A stretch of 62,457 bases of DNA from Octopus bimaculoides (lineage: Eukaryota). This document shows, in pieces, positions 24,100 through 37,829 of this stretch. Both the position numbers and the translations under genes were made by a program. The notes under the pieces are model-generated. The model had not been told where the DNA came from. It made no database searches and worked only from the letters and a program-made list of their open reading frames with translations. The stretch spans positions 84,371,920-84,434,376 of the forward strand of contig NC_068988.1 in NCBI RefSeq assembly GCF_001194135.2. The letters are read 5' to 3'. Within the stretch, counting starts at the first letter, position 1. Every line of letters begins with the position of its first letter.

Positions 24100-24770
24100 T
24101 CTGTGCTTTTCAACTTCCCTCCAGAAAATATTTTACAGGAGACACTATGTGACATCTCTGCTTTATTTCCATCAGAAGATAACCTCTTTGCGACCTATAT
24201 TTTGCGATGCAGCAAAACCGAACTCTAGGAACTCCTCCTGTCTCCAACTAGAAAGAGCATTAGTAAAAAATGGAACAGAGGTCAGTTGAGAAAAGATCAA
24301 GGTTGTGATTATCGGATGCAACTAGAACACAGCAATCAACATCATACTGAATGACAAAGTGGATAACTTTAAATACCTTGGCTCCACTTTTAAACCAATG
24401 AAGCAGTTCAGTAAGAGAGATAAAAGCAAGACTCAGCCTGGCTACATCTACCATGAGAAAAGCGAACATCAATGGATATGCAATTCCATTAGCCTTTTTC
24501 CACAATGCTTTGACTGTACAAGTTTCTTGTAACTGCAATCTTTCACTACAGATGTGAAAGCTGGATATTTACAGCCAATGCAGAACAATGTAAGCATTCA
24601 AACATAAGTACTTTGGAAAGCTGCTTTGTATATTGTATACACAGGACAAACCAAACACCTTTTTCGGGTTGCAAGTCACTTAATTTATTAGTATGCAAGA
24701 ACCACTCCTTGCTACTGTGAAATGCCAAAAATTTGCTTTGTATGGACATGCATCCTATCACAACTTCCTG
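24100..24770 (+). mobile_element. Decayed RTE-type LINE fragment (RT thumb region)
   Basis: VDNFKYLGST, EIKARLSLATSTMRK and CESW-like remnants; boundaries approximate. Confidence 0.6.
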
Positions 24771-25699
24771 TATATAGTGTCACATAGTGATTATGAAATG
24801 TTTGTTTTGTGTAGGTTGTGCTAGGTGTGTACTGATTGTTTTGCCATTGAATTGAAAAGTGTCTTGTGCAGGATATGGGCCATTAGTAGTAGTAGGCCAG
24901 TGGATTAGCAGAATCATTAGAGTATCAGACAGAATACCTTGTGGTATTTGTTCCAGCTCTTTACTTTCTGAGTTCAACTTTTTATTAAGTGTTTGATGAA
25001 ATAATGGACAAGTCAAATAATGAACCTTCCAAATTTGCTAATCTTGTCCCAAAATTAAAAACCATTATAGTTGTTATGAGGGTGGTGGCCGGGGCTGGTG
25101 ACACATTAAAGGCTAGTGACATGTGAAAGGTACACATGCTGGTGACATGTGAAAGGCACCCCTGCCAGTGACACATGAAAGCACCCGTGCCGGTGGTATG
25201 TAAAAGATACTCAGTACATTGTATGGCGCAGTTTGCATTAGGAAGGGCATCCAGCCATCGAAACCAAACCAAAACAGACTGGACCCTGGTGCATCTTGCC
25301 AGTTCCAGTCAAACTGTCTAACCTATGCAAAAGTAGTAGTCAAATTCTGGGGTTCATTGGTATTGACTAACCCCAACTTCTTCTGACCTTATGCACAAAT
25401 TAGAAATAACTACTAAGATGGCAATCTATCAGAATTGCATCAGACAAAATGCCTTGAGATATTTATTCTGGCTCCTATGTTCTCAGTTCATATCTCACCA
25501 ATGCCAACTTTATCTTTGATTCTTCCAGGGAACCAATAAAATAAAATACCATTTGAGTACTAGGATTGATAGTATTAACTAACATCCTACCCTCAATATT
25601 GTTAAACCATTCTTGTGGCAAGCTGGCAAAATCACTAAAGCATTGGGGAAAAAAATGCTTTGTGGTATTTATTGGTATTTATTGTATTGTGGAATTTAT

Positions 25700-26510
25700 T
25701 ACATTCCAAGTTCAAATCCCACTGAGGTCAAATCTTTCACCCCTCAAGTGTTGGTGAAGTACCAGCTAAGTACTGGGCTTAATGTTATTCAGTTGCCCCT
25801 TCCATCTATAATTGTTGGCCTTGTGTCAGAATTTGACACAGGGGTCAATGTAATCAACTAGTCCCCTCCCCACTAATTTGAGGCCTTGTACCTCCAGTAG
25901 AAAGGATTATTATTATTATTATTATTAAGACAGCAAACTGGCAGAATTCTTAGCCCACCGAGCAAAATGCTTAGTGACATTTCGTGTGTCTTCTGAATTC
26001 TGAGTACCAGTTGAAAACTAGAGTCAGTGTAATTGACTTAACCCCTGCCCTGAAACTGCTGGCCTTGTGCTAAAATTCAAAATCAATATTATTTCATATA
26101 TGCACAACAGATTAAGCTGTTAGAAAAGAAAATTTCCTAACATAGGGCTACAACAAGCAACATTAGATGCCAAGAGCCTTCTTAACTATCCTAGCTGCCC
26201 CTAATAAGTTTTTCCTGGAGCTACACTAAACTAGGTTTTTTATGCCTATTTCTGCTATCCATCTGTTTAAATTATTATTATTGTTGGTAAGGCAGTGAGC
26301 TGGCAGAATCATTAGCATGCCAGGCAAAATGCTTGGCAGCATTTTGTCCGTCTTCGCTTTCTGAGCTCAAATTCTGCCATGGTCAACTTTTCCTTTTATC
26401 CTTTTGAGGTTAATAAAATAAGTACCAGTTGAGTCAATGCAATTGATTTACCCACTCCCCGAAATTACTAGCCTTGTGCCAAAATTTGAAACCGTTATTA
26501 TTATTGTTGT
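25700..26510 (+). mobile_element. Tandem cluster of ATT-tailed tRNA-type SINEs ending next to the last FAK acceptor
   Basis: Units ggcagtgagctggcagaatcattagc...ctgagctcaaattctgcc...aagtaccag...ggccttgtgccaaaatttgaaacc followed by (att)n. Confidence 0.75.
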
Positions 26511-26531
26511 TGTTGTTGTTATTATTTTCAG

Positions 26532-26756
26532 GTATCATCATCCCAGAAAGTGCTAAGTAGTGATATGGCATCACTAGTTGAAGCCATGAAAGTTGCTCAG
26601 CAGTACAACCTTGCCATGGAAGCTGAATATTTGAAACGTATGCTTAAAGCTGCCCACACTCTAGCTATGGACTCTAAAAACTTGCTCGACACAGTTGATG
26701 TGACTCGCTTAAAATACAAACTTGTGCTGCAAATGGACGGCATTAAAACTACCTGA
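26532..26756 (+). CDS. PTK2: FAK last coding exon (FAT helices 3-4) to TGA: VSSSQKVLSSDMASLVEAMKVAQQYNLAMEAEYLKRMLKAAHTLAMDSKNLLDTVDVTRLKYKLVLQMDGIKTT*
   Basis: attttcag acceptor; matches the FAT consensus (QKLLNSDLGELINKMKLAQQY...EYKKQMLTAAHALAVDAKNLLDVID); stop at 26754-26756. Confidence 0.93.
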   Translation, partial: VSSSQKVLSSDMASLVEAMKVAQQYNLAMEAEYLKRMLKAAHTLAMDSKNLLDTVDVTRLKYKLVLQMDGIKTT

Positions 26757-29700
26757 CTTCTCTGCTGATCACGTTTTGTGTTTCTTACATAAATTTCATC
26801 TTTAAAAAAAAAACAAAAACAAAAAACTGTTGCTTCTTCTTCCTCTTCTTTCTTCTCCTCTTTAAACATTTTATTTTCCACCTCTTTCCCCCTTGCTCAT
26901 CTTTTATCCCCCCCCTCTTATATGGCTAAGAGACATTAACTGAGCAAAGGTACCAAAATTGGGGAGGGGGAAGGGGGTGCTTGTGATTCTTGAGTTTGTT
27001 CACAGTCACATGCTGCTTCAGGCATTGTATTTGTGTCACTGTGAGCCGCGCGACCCTATAGCATTCAGAAATAATGTCAAAGCATTTGTAACAATTCAAA
27101 TATAGAAAGAAAGAAAAGAAAGAAAGAAAGAAAACTTGATGAAACACATGAAAGAACTGAGACAGTCTATGTAGGTTTGGTAAGGTAACTGGCAGCATGG
27201 TGATGGGGACAAGGTTTTCCTACAACCAAAGTTAATCTTCCGACTGGTTTGGTAAGAACAAAATGGCACCATCTATCAAAGCAGCCGAGTTTAGCCTGTT
27301 TGATTGCTGAAAGCTTAATCTGGAAGACAGGCTAAAATCAGGAGCTTCGTTCAATAAATGTTTAAGAGAAAGAAATTTAAATGGTTTACTCTTTAGCATT
27401 CATAATAATAATAATAATTGGTGATTGTGTTGTTGAAATAGAAAAGACAAAGTTATGAAATGACAAAAGAAAAACAATATGACTTCCTGTTAGATTTGGT
27501 GAAAGGTTTTCTAATTACCAAAGATAATGTATCAATAATGCATATGAACTGAGCAGTATAATCTTAGCTTATCTTAGCAAGATATTTCATTGCTGTGTAT
27601 GTATGTTTGTATGTATGTATGTGTGTATGGTGATGCAAACAGGAAAAATAGAACTCAAATATGAGTATATGTATATTTTTATTAATACTTAGCAACAGAG
27701 TGACTAAGAGTTGAGAGTGCCAGTGCATGAAACACTTGGCCATTGAGTCACTTTGTTGCTTCTCCTATGTATTAATGGAAAATATATAATGTACAAGCAT
27801 GCATATATAATCATATATACATGTGTGTGTGGGTGTAGCTGGTTAAACCAGGTAGCTGGAATTGACTGATCTGAATGCTAAAGGGATAATTAAACTCCAA
27901 CTGCCTAATTGAGAAATTCTTATTTCGCACTGCTCTTGCAGACATCATTCTTTGCTCAGGAGTTTTCACTTTAAAAAGAGGAAAAAAATAAGCAAAAAAA
28001 ACCAACAATGTCGTCCCCTTCCCCTCTCTTCTGCTGCTAGAGACAACTTATTATTTTTATGTGTAATCAAAACGGTTGGTGTTTTTTTTTAAATTTTAAA
28101 TAATGTTTAACTATTGTTGAAATTCTTGGATCATTGTTAAAAATTCTTCAAAGAAAGTTACACACACTTATACACACATTTTTATATATATATATATATA
28201 AATATATATATATATAATTTGTAGAGAAAGATTTTTTTTATCAATATATCAGAACAAATTACAATCAAATTTTATCTCAACTTACATTAAGTTTTGTATT
28301 CTGTTATATATATATAAATATATAAAATAAGGATACAAAAATTAATTCTGTATAACATATAGAATAATTCTTTCTTATCACTTCTACATATAGTTCTTTA
28401 GACTGTCAGTCTGTCCAAGTCTTTAAGAACAACAGATTGTGGTGGGGAGGGAGAGAAAACATCTTGTTTTTGACAAAATTTTTTAAATAATGAAGATATT
28501 TTTTTTTTTTTATTTCAAAGTTGAAAATTATTGAAATGTAAATGTTTTCCCCTAAATAGCATTCATAATACTAGCAAATATAGAGGTATGTTGGTGTAAT
28601 CCCTTAAAAGCTGATAAAATATGGACACTATGAAAAGTTTTGGCATCCTCTGTGATTTTTTTGGCAAGAATTAGCCTGCTACCAAAATGCCAATTACATG
28701 TTAATGAAACCAGAAATGACTGGTTGGAAAGAAACTGTATTGTCTTTTGAATGTAGCTTGGCTAGTTTGAACCTGTTTCAATGCTAAAGGGTTCTAGTTT
28801 TATAAAAATAGAAATAGGCTGTTTAATTGTTAGTTTATGTCTATTCTAAATCTGAATTTTAGATACACACACATACATACACATATGAACGTACATGTAA
28901 TATATATTCATGTACACACACACACACATGTATATAATACATACACATTTATACACACCTACCTACACATATATTTATAATGCATTACTTAGTAGAAATG
29001 TATTTAAAATATATTTCTAATCTTGTTAAAATAGAAATAAGTTTTAAAATATTATTCAGTATCTATTTTCAGCATAAATATTTGATGTTGTCAACATTGG
29101 GATGATAATGACTATTGTTATTATTTTTAAATTAAATATCAGCTATTCAGATTTTATATATACAATAGTTATTGTTAGTATTCTAGAAAGTTCTTTTAGT
29201 TTTGTTGTTAATCTTAGTTTTCCTTTTTTCTTTTTTGGCAGGGGTTCTTATTACCTCTGTGTTCCTCTGTGTTACTTCCATGTTACAAGAATTTTGGTTA
29301 TCTATTTTGTATATATGATATTTTATTTATACATATCTGAATTTTTTACAACTACTACTATAATAATAATGTTTTCTGACATAGACATTGGGCCACTCAT
29401 TTTGGAGGAATGAACTGTTGATTAAATTAACTCCAGTATTTAACTGGTACTTCAGTAATAAATATCAATGCTGTAGCAAGGTGTCATAGAAGAAGCAAGT
29501 GGCATAGTTCAGGCTCTGGGCAAGCAGAGAACACAAGGTGGGTTTCAATCCTGACTTGAAGCAAAGTCCCTTCATTTACACTGCTATACTCTTGAGAAAG
29601 TGTGAATTCCACAACACTCCATCTTCTCATCAAAATAGGGTCATGTACCGATAGATAAAAAGGGACTTGATGGTATTGTTTTATAACATTGGCACCAGGC

Positions 29701-30434
29701 CACAAATTCAAGGGAACATTTGGTTAAATTGACTCTAGTACTTGAAGTACAGTAATAGTGGATGTGATTGAAGGGATGTCTCTGGAAAAATTAGTGGAAT
29801 GTGTTGGAAGAACTGATGCAATCATTTTGTTTATTCAGCATTTCTTTTCTGGTTGTGTTGATAAATTATTAGCTGGGGCTTTAGCTAATGAATAGCATGT
29901 TTGTGTAAATAGGTAGCTAAAACTTTGTATATGATACAGTAAAACAATAAAAATGCAGTAACATAAAAAAAATGAGAAATCTCCCAAGAGCAAATTGATC
30001 TTAGCATGTCATGGTTATGGGATTATTTTATAAATCCTTAGTTAACCACCATGCTGCAAAACTTGCAGCAAACAGATAAACATACTTTTGCTGAATTCAA
30101 AAAAAGGTAGGAAGAAAGAATAAATATATATATAAATAAAAGCAAACACACACACACACACACATGTGCATATATAAACTCACACATGCACACACATATG
30201 TATAAACATTAGTTTTCTCATAAACTGTTGTTGGTGGATATTTGAAAATGTTATTCCATGGCTTCTAACAGTTGAAGTCAAGAGCCAAGTAAAAAAAGGG
30301 GGGGGGGATAAATTTAGATTATTGAACATATTAAACTTGTATATGATTTCTCTCCATGCCTTTCCCCCCCTCTTGAGCCATGCAATCTAGAGATGATATG
30401 TGAAATAAATGTGTGTTTGTGTATGTATGTATAT

Positions 30435-31682
30435 AGTGGGTCATCCCACAAATAATGTGGGGTTTTTTGTACTTCTTTTATTTTTCAAAATTAAGATAAA
30501 GTTCTTTTTTAATCTAAAACATACTCTCCTTCATTTTCTACAATGCTCTTCCATCTCTCTGGTAGACTTGCAAGTCTCCTCTTCCAAAATCCGCTTGTCC
30601 ATGACAAAAAATACTCATCCAGTACTGTTCTGACCTCATCTACAGAATTCAATTGTTTTTCTTCCAAATGATTTTGAAGACTACGGAATAAATGATAATC
30701 AGATGGGCGGGGCATCGTTTCCCATTCAAACTGCTTCAGCCTTTACAATGTCATCCTCGTTGTATGTGGCCGAGCATTATCCTGATGGAAGAACATCTTT
30801 CGTCTTAAAACCAAAGATGGTCGTTTTTCTTCTAACGCTAACTTAAGCTGCTCAAGTTGCTCACAGTAGATCTCCTTTGTTATCGTTTGATTTGGGTTTA
30901 AAAGTTCAAAGTAGACTAAACCTTTCATATTCCACCAAACAGATAACATCTTATGTGGGTGAAGAACTCCTTTAGCCTGGAATGCCAGTATTTCTCCTTT
31001 CCTTACCCACTGTCTTCGGTACTTGACATTTTTATAGAGAACCCATTTCTCATCACTATTTAGTCCCCAAAAGGTTCATTTGTAAGACATGACAGCAAAG
31101 AAGGGCACATATTCACTATCTGTGTGCAATTAGACTTGGAAAGTTTGTGAAGAACCCATTGACATAATTTGCTGGCTTTTCCAATGGCACACAGGCATTG
31201 ATGAATGGTTGAATGATCAAATCCAAGCTTCTCTGCTAGCTCCTCAACAGTTACAATGGGATTTCCACCTGGGTTTGCAAGATGTCCTCATCGAGCTCTA
31301 CAGATCTTCCAGGACGAGGCTTGCCTTCCAGGCTATAGTTTCGGCTTGGAATTTCTGGAACCACCATTGACACTGGCTTACACTTATTGTCCGATCCCTA
31401 TATACTGCATTAATATTCCTTGCCTTTTCTGTTGCGTTGTTGCCTTAATTGAACTCATAAAGCAAAATATGCCGAATATACTCCTTTGTCACATCCATTA
31501 TAGCTTTGAAAAAATAACTTAAAATCAAAGTGCACACTTCAAAATTTGCACTAAGAATAGGGACAAGGTAAAATTATTACCTGCTTCTATAGCAAGTTGA
31601 TGCTGATAGTTTATCTCATCCCCCTCTGACTTTTAGTTCATGCAATTGAAAAAAAACGCATTATTTAAGGGATGACCCAATT
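30435..31682 (-). mobile_element. Full-length mariner (DD34D) element with inactivated transposase
   Basis: TIRs TGGGTCATCCCACAAATAATG (30437) / CATTATTTAAGGGATGACCCAA (to 31680); ATG at 31498 gives MDVTKEYIRHILLYEFN*GNNAT; SDEKW, MLSVWW, HQDNARPH and PSDYHLFRSL motifs; stops and frameshifts present. Confidence 0.92.
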
Positions 31683-33619
31683 CACGTGTGTATGTATGTG
31701 TGTATGTATTTCATCTAGCTTTGTTTTGGTTTTTGATTCTTCCTATTTGAAAAAAAAAGCATTTGTTATTTGTTTATTTATTGTAGCATTTATACAATTC
31801 TGTTTTCAAAAATTTAGAATTTTGATGCTTTTCCTTCCTTGATTAATTATTTTATTTTCTGTTGACATCTTTTCACTGAAGACAAGCAAATGCAAAATTT
31901 TATAGAAAAAGAAATTGCAGAATTCATGTGTCGAAATGTGTGTGTGTTTCTGTTATATACTCACACATACACAACACACACACACGCATATATATATCAA
32001 AAGGATGTGTTATAATAATATTCCACAGCCATACCAACAATCCAACATATATGTACACGCACACACGGACATGCACGTTTGTAATTGATGTCACTTGAAA
32101 GATACCATTATTCCAACTGTTTCTCACAAGCTCCTCTAATTTCTTGTAATATGAATTGCCATAAATTGCAGTTGTATAAAAAGTCTGATATTTTTAAGTG
32201 TGAAATCAGAAGTCAACATACTTGTCAAGTATGAAACCTGAACCTTTTACTGACTGCTAGGAATCGGAGATTGGGATTTTTGCCTCCTTTTCAGTCCCTC
32301 CCCACTCCTTACTGATTTGTCTTTTTGTTTTAATTAAAAATTTTTTTTTTTTTTGTTTTTGCTAGTTTGGAATTTCAGATTGTTAAATCTGCAATGTTTT
32401 CATAAACTGAAATGTTATGGTGTGGTAAAATGGATCTGAAATTTGAATTAAGGGATCAAAATTCAATTTTAAAGGAGTTGGGAGACATACAACAACAGGA
32501 CTTTTTGTTCGTTTGTTTTTTTACAAATCTTTTATCTTTTAAATGTTAGCATCATGCAAGTTTCAAAAGAAAATGTAATAATGAGAGGAAGAGCTAGAGT
32601 GTTGTTTTTTTTTATTCTTTTAAAACATCAAATAGTTATTAGTTAAAATAACATTAAAAAAGAATGATGATGATTACAATGCTGAAGGAAGAGACAAAGA
32701 ATGGAAAGAATATTTAATACTTTAGCATTAATAAGCTCTAAATTTGTGTCAAATTTGTCTGTCTCTTCTCTACTGAACATTTATATTACAATTCAAATAA
32801 GTTAGCAAGCTTAAACTATAATTCCCCCACTCCCTCTCTGTTCAATTTGAGCTGTTGTACCTAAATCATAAATCAATAATTTCTATAACAGTTATGGAAT
32901 AGATTATAGTAATAATAATGATAACAATTATTACTATTACTTCTGTATTTTAATAGTAACTTTTAAAAAAAATTATTTTAAATGATAATATGCTATAATA
33001 GTTTTAATGAAATAATAGTAAACTGGATGTCTCAATTTGAGATCATAATTTAGATTTGATTTGTAAAATATTCCTTATTGATTGAACTATACTTAACCAG
33101 CACCACCAACTCCTGCAGCAGAACAACAGGATATTTTGTTTCTGAAATTTTTTTTTTTTTTCTGTTTTTTTTTTTTGTTTTTTTTTTACTTGTAATTCCA
33201 AACCGGAAAAGAAGGTGAAGGGTGAGGAAGAGAAGTATGGAAGTGTTTTAAAAATGATCAAAATTCTGATTGCTGCGCATAATGATGAATGTGTGCAACA
33301 GCCAACTTAACAACACTTGCTGTGCTGCACCACTTAACCATAAACCAGTACAGAGGTATTTTACTGTTGAAATTAGTGATTGATGAACCAATATATTTAG
33401 CTAACATACATATAAAAATTATATTGTTAATTGACTATATATCTCATTCAGTCTTATCTTTTATGGGGTGTTTGGAGGATTTTTACCTCTCCCTTGGGGC
33501 AAAACAACAACATTACAATCAAAATACAAACTTGGTAATAGTAGGAAATAAATGACACACACACATACACAGGTGCATATGTAAAGCAAGTGTTAATAAT
33601 GTTAATTATTAATACATGA

Positions 33620-34240
33620 TAAACCACTTTTGGAAATTTTGGAAGGGGGGCAAGGTGTGTATATCAATCCCAGTGCTGAACCGGTACTTGATTTCCTTGA
33701 CTCTGAAGAGATGAAAGGCAAAGTCAGCTTCAATGGAATTTGAACTCAGATGAAGACAGGCAAAATGCCACTAAGCATTTTGTCCAGCTCGTTAACAATT
33801 CTGCTTGCTCTCTGCCTTCAGTTTTAATTATAATTTTTTTTCAATTATAATCACAAAGCCTGAACATTTGGATGAAGGGACCAGTCAAGTGTTTCAGTCC
33901 TACTTTGATGAGATTTGAACTCAGAAAGTAATGAGCCAGAGCTATTATCACAATGCATTTTTCCTCATCCTCCTAACAGTTCTGCCAATCCAGCACCCTA
34001 CTAATAGTAATAATTTTCTGATTTAGGCACAAGACCAGTTTTGAGGGGAAGGATCTAGCTGAAACCAACAACCCCAGCACTAAACTGATATTTTATTGAC
34101 CCTGAGGAATGAAGGTGAAGTTGGTCTTGACAGGCTTTGAACTCAGAACATACCAAGCCAGAACAAATATCATATGGCATTATTCCGACTCCCTAACAAT
34201 CCCTGCCAGCTCTTTACAGCTTCAATTATACTATTACTAA
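33620..34240 (-). mobile_element. Cluster of ATT-tailed SINE copies
   Basis: Repeated ggtac...gaaaggcaaagtc...atttgaactcaga...aagcattttgtcc blocks. Confidence 0.6.
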
Positions 34241-35003
34241 TAATAATTATAATAAAGAAATTTAAATTTTTCAGAATCCTATTAGGTTTGAGTATCAATT
34301 TGTGATGGAAAAGTGTGAACAATCCCACTGACATAAATGGGATTGTTGCTATTTTGTCTGCTTTGTAATAACAGTAATAATGGTAAACATGAAAATGAAC
34401 TGTTACTCAAATATTTAGGATATAAATTATTTACCCTCCTACACCAAGGCTATTATTAGTTAGATAATTGTTTAAATGTCTTGAGGGGTTTGGTGTGATG
34501 AGGAGTGTCCATCGATAGGAAGACAGCAGTATTGACCTAACATGCAATTACAAAGAAATGGACTGAAAGAAGTTGTGACAATGCCTTTAGGAAGAACTTC
34601 GTTTAATAAAACAACTGAATGAGCTTTAAATTTAATGCTTCTGGACTTGCTTTGCTGGTAGCCTTATCTTAACATCTATTCTGTAGTACTTACTCTTCTT
34701 ACATACCTATGTATGTATATATAATGTTTATCTTTGTATAGTTGAGCAAGAGTTGTCAATATATTCCAGTGGTGATATTTAGTGCAAATTGATAGTAACA
34801 TTCTGAACAGTTGTAGTTTGACAATGTAAAAATATACCTCCTTTATAGTTTATATTGAGTGTACATTTTCTTATGGACAACTGTCAATATAAATAGAATA
34901 TGGGTGTTAAAATTATGATATAAAAAGACACTAGGGTTTTGCTCTGAATTCAAAAAAGGAAAAAAACTTTTCTCAACATTTGGTATAATGTGTATTTATG
35001 TAT

Positions 35004-35056
<53 letters not shown>

Positions 35057-37374
35057 GTATGTGTCTGTGTAAAAATGATTTCACATTTCATGATTGATTG
35101 AAAGCAATTCACCGTAAGTTTCAACAGAGAGCTTGAATGAATCCACACACATGAAACTCTGAGTTAATCATTGACTTAACACAGATAACAAACCCAATCA
35201 TGTGTCAAGTTTTTGGTACAACCTTGTTATTTATTAGTTATATATCCTGCAACTTAGTTATGTATGAAAAATCAAATAAAACGATGGGAGGGGGGGGCAC
35301 CATATTCTGTTTAATGTAAATTTAAGAGCTTTCAATAAAATTGAAGTGTTAGGTTGGTTAATTGTAAATCTTACATGGAATCTCAGGGTTTCACTGGCTG
35401 ACATATACTGTTTCTAGGTTCATGGGGCTAAGATAAATATATAAACCTGTACATTGCAGTGAATTGTAATTACCTTATGGTTCTAACATAAAATTTAGTG
35501 GTCTTGGCTGTCTTAAAATGGGGTTCAGAGCACAATCCAATACTAAGACTCAGTCTTTCAGCCAATTATCTACTTCCTTAAAAATCTTTACAAAATTTTG
35601 CCCTGCCTTGTTGAAAATACTGCATTTTATTTGTGGTAAAGAGCACCAAACTAAATGCTTTACAGTATTTAGTCATGCATGTTTACTTCTGTAGCTCAAC
35701 TCTTTTGAAGGCATGGCAGACAAAATAGTTTATGCAATGCTAGAAGAAGTAACTCAACAAACACCGTGCAGTTATATATGGCTAATAACCATTTTTTTCC
35801 TTCATGTATGTTTAATCATATATATGCTTAGTATTTGAGGTTTGTTAATGTGGTGGTAATCCCCCCCTCCCAGTCTATCTCTTTCTTAAGCTTTGTCTAA
35901 CAAGGATACAGTATTTGTAAAATTCAATTTTCAGGAATTCTGGAAGGAGGCAGCGTTTGATGAAACAAACATTAAAACAAAATGATATATTTTTGTCAAT
36001 TTACTCCATCACCAAATATAAGGTTAACTGTCTGAAAAATAACCTCACTAACATCAATGCATTTCAGACCGATATTATATCAAGAATATAATTTTGATTA
36101 TTTTGTTGGTATCATTTAACCCAGGTTAATCTTGCACATTTATCACTAAAGGCTTTCTAGCCATGACAATATAGTCTTTGGGGAGTATCCCAAAATAGTT
36201 TCTCTGTATGTTTTTTTTATCTTTTTAAGATAGAGGTGTGTGATCTGAGGGGAATTAGGTACTATATTTAGCAAATTGGGCAATCATGAAATTCCCTCAT
36301 TAACTTGTCATTTATTGATTTCATTAAACTGGCTACTGGAACATACTGGACCCGACCCCACTCATGTGTTTGTGCTTTAAAATAGCTTACAAATTTTTTT
36401 TCAAATTTTAACACAAACACTGCAGTGAATGAGGGTTAAGCTGGTAGCATGGGACCAAAAGTTGATCTTTAACTGGTTCATATCAAAAGAAGGTGAATAA
36501 GATTGCATAGTTTATGTGCTCCCATTTCTCTCACCAAAAAACAAAGTTGTTCTGATGTGTAAATTTCTCCCACTCACACAACTACATATGTATAGAGTAA
36601 TCACCAAATTTCTTTAGTTCTTTTAAAGCTAAAAATATGTTGGTAGTTTTTTTTTTTTGTTGCATGTCTAATGGCCACTAAAATTTATATGAGACGAAGC
36701 TATACATAGTTAAAGTGGTGCTAAATTTGGACAGTTATCACAAGAATCCTGCTAGCCAAGCTCTCTGTCCCTCACACACTTTTTTATATATATATATAGC
36801 AAATCGTGTGTGTGTATATAGTTTGACAGAATGATCCATGTATGTAAAACGTGTGTGTAAATATATATATGGGGAACAATGTTTCTTTTAGACATGTATT
36901 GAATATACACCCTTGTGTTCCAGTTTTATCTTTTTTATCTTATAAAAATATAGAAAAATAAAATATAAGAAAAATCTTTGATAAGATGAAAATAGGACGC
37001 AGTTACAGAGTCAGTACAATATACATACACACACGTGTGTGTGTGTGTGTGTGTGTGATTGAGAGAGATGCTGTATAAATAATTTATTGTATTGATCCAT
37101 TTAGTTGGGGAGGTTGACACCTCTCACTTGCAATGTCTTATTGGTCTGGACAGAAAATTCTTAAACACATACATAAATGCACACACACACTATTTGAAGC
37201 TTTTTCACCATAAATATTGTTAGTGGTACCCTTGGAGGAGAATTATGAAAGGTATATGCCAATAACAATATTATTGCTACTCCTAGTAATCATAATTTCA
37301 CTGATATATAGCATAATGTATACAGTGTAAATGGAAAGGGTGGTATGAAATCTCAAGAAAGATAGTGTAGAATT

Positions 37375-37797
37375 ATTAAGGTGGTAAGCTAATAATGCTT
37401 GGTGGCATTTCTTTTAGCTCCTTATGTTCTGAGTTCAAATTCTACTGGGATCAGCTTTGCCTTTCATCCTCTCAGGGTCATTAAAATAAATACCAGTTCA
37501 ACACTGAGGTCGATATAATCGACTTAAACTCTCCTCCAAAATTGCTGGCCTTGTGGCAAAATTTGACACCATTGTTAATATTAAGCAGCAAGCTGGTAGA
37601 ATCTAACTATTCTACCAGCATGCCAGGCGAAATGCTTAGCGGCATTTTGTCTCTCTTTACATTCTGAGTACAAATTCTGCCGGGGTCAACTTCACCTTTT
37701 GGAACTGATAAAATAAGTACCAGCTGATTACTGGAGTCGCTGTATTTGACTTACCCCAACTCCTAAAATTGCTGGCCTTGTGCCAAAATTTGCAGCC

Positions 37798-37827
<30 letters not shown>
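37375..37827 (+). mobile_element. Two tandem ATT-tailed SINE copies
   Basis: Same family blocks as 25700-26510; (ATT)n tail at 37799-37827. Confidence 0.75.

Positions 37828-37829
<2 letters not shown>

Noticed and set aside
26754-26768. Leaky TGA-C stop context of FAK
   Set aside because: Readthrough would add only one residue at the stop plus LLC before another TGA; no SECIS-like element is supported.
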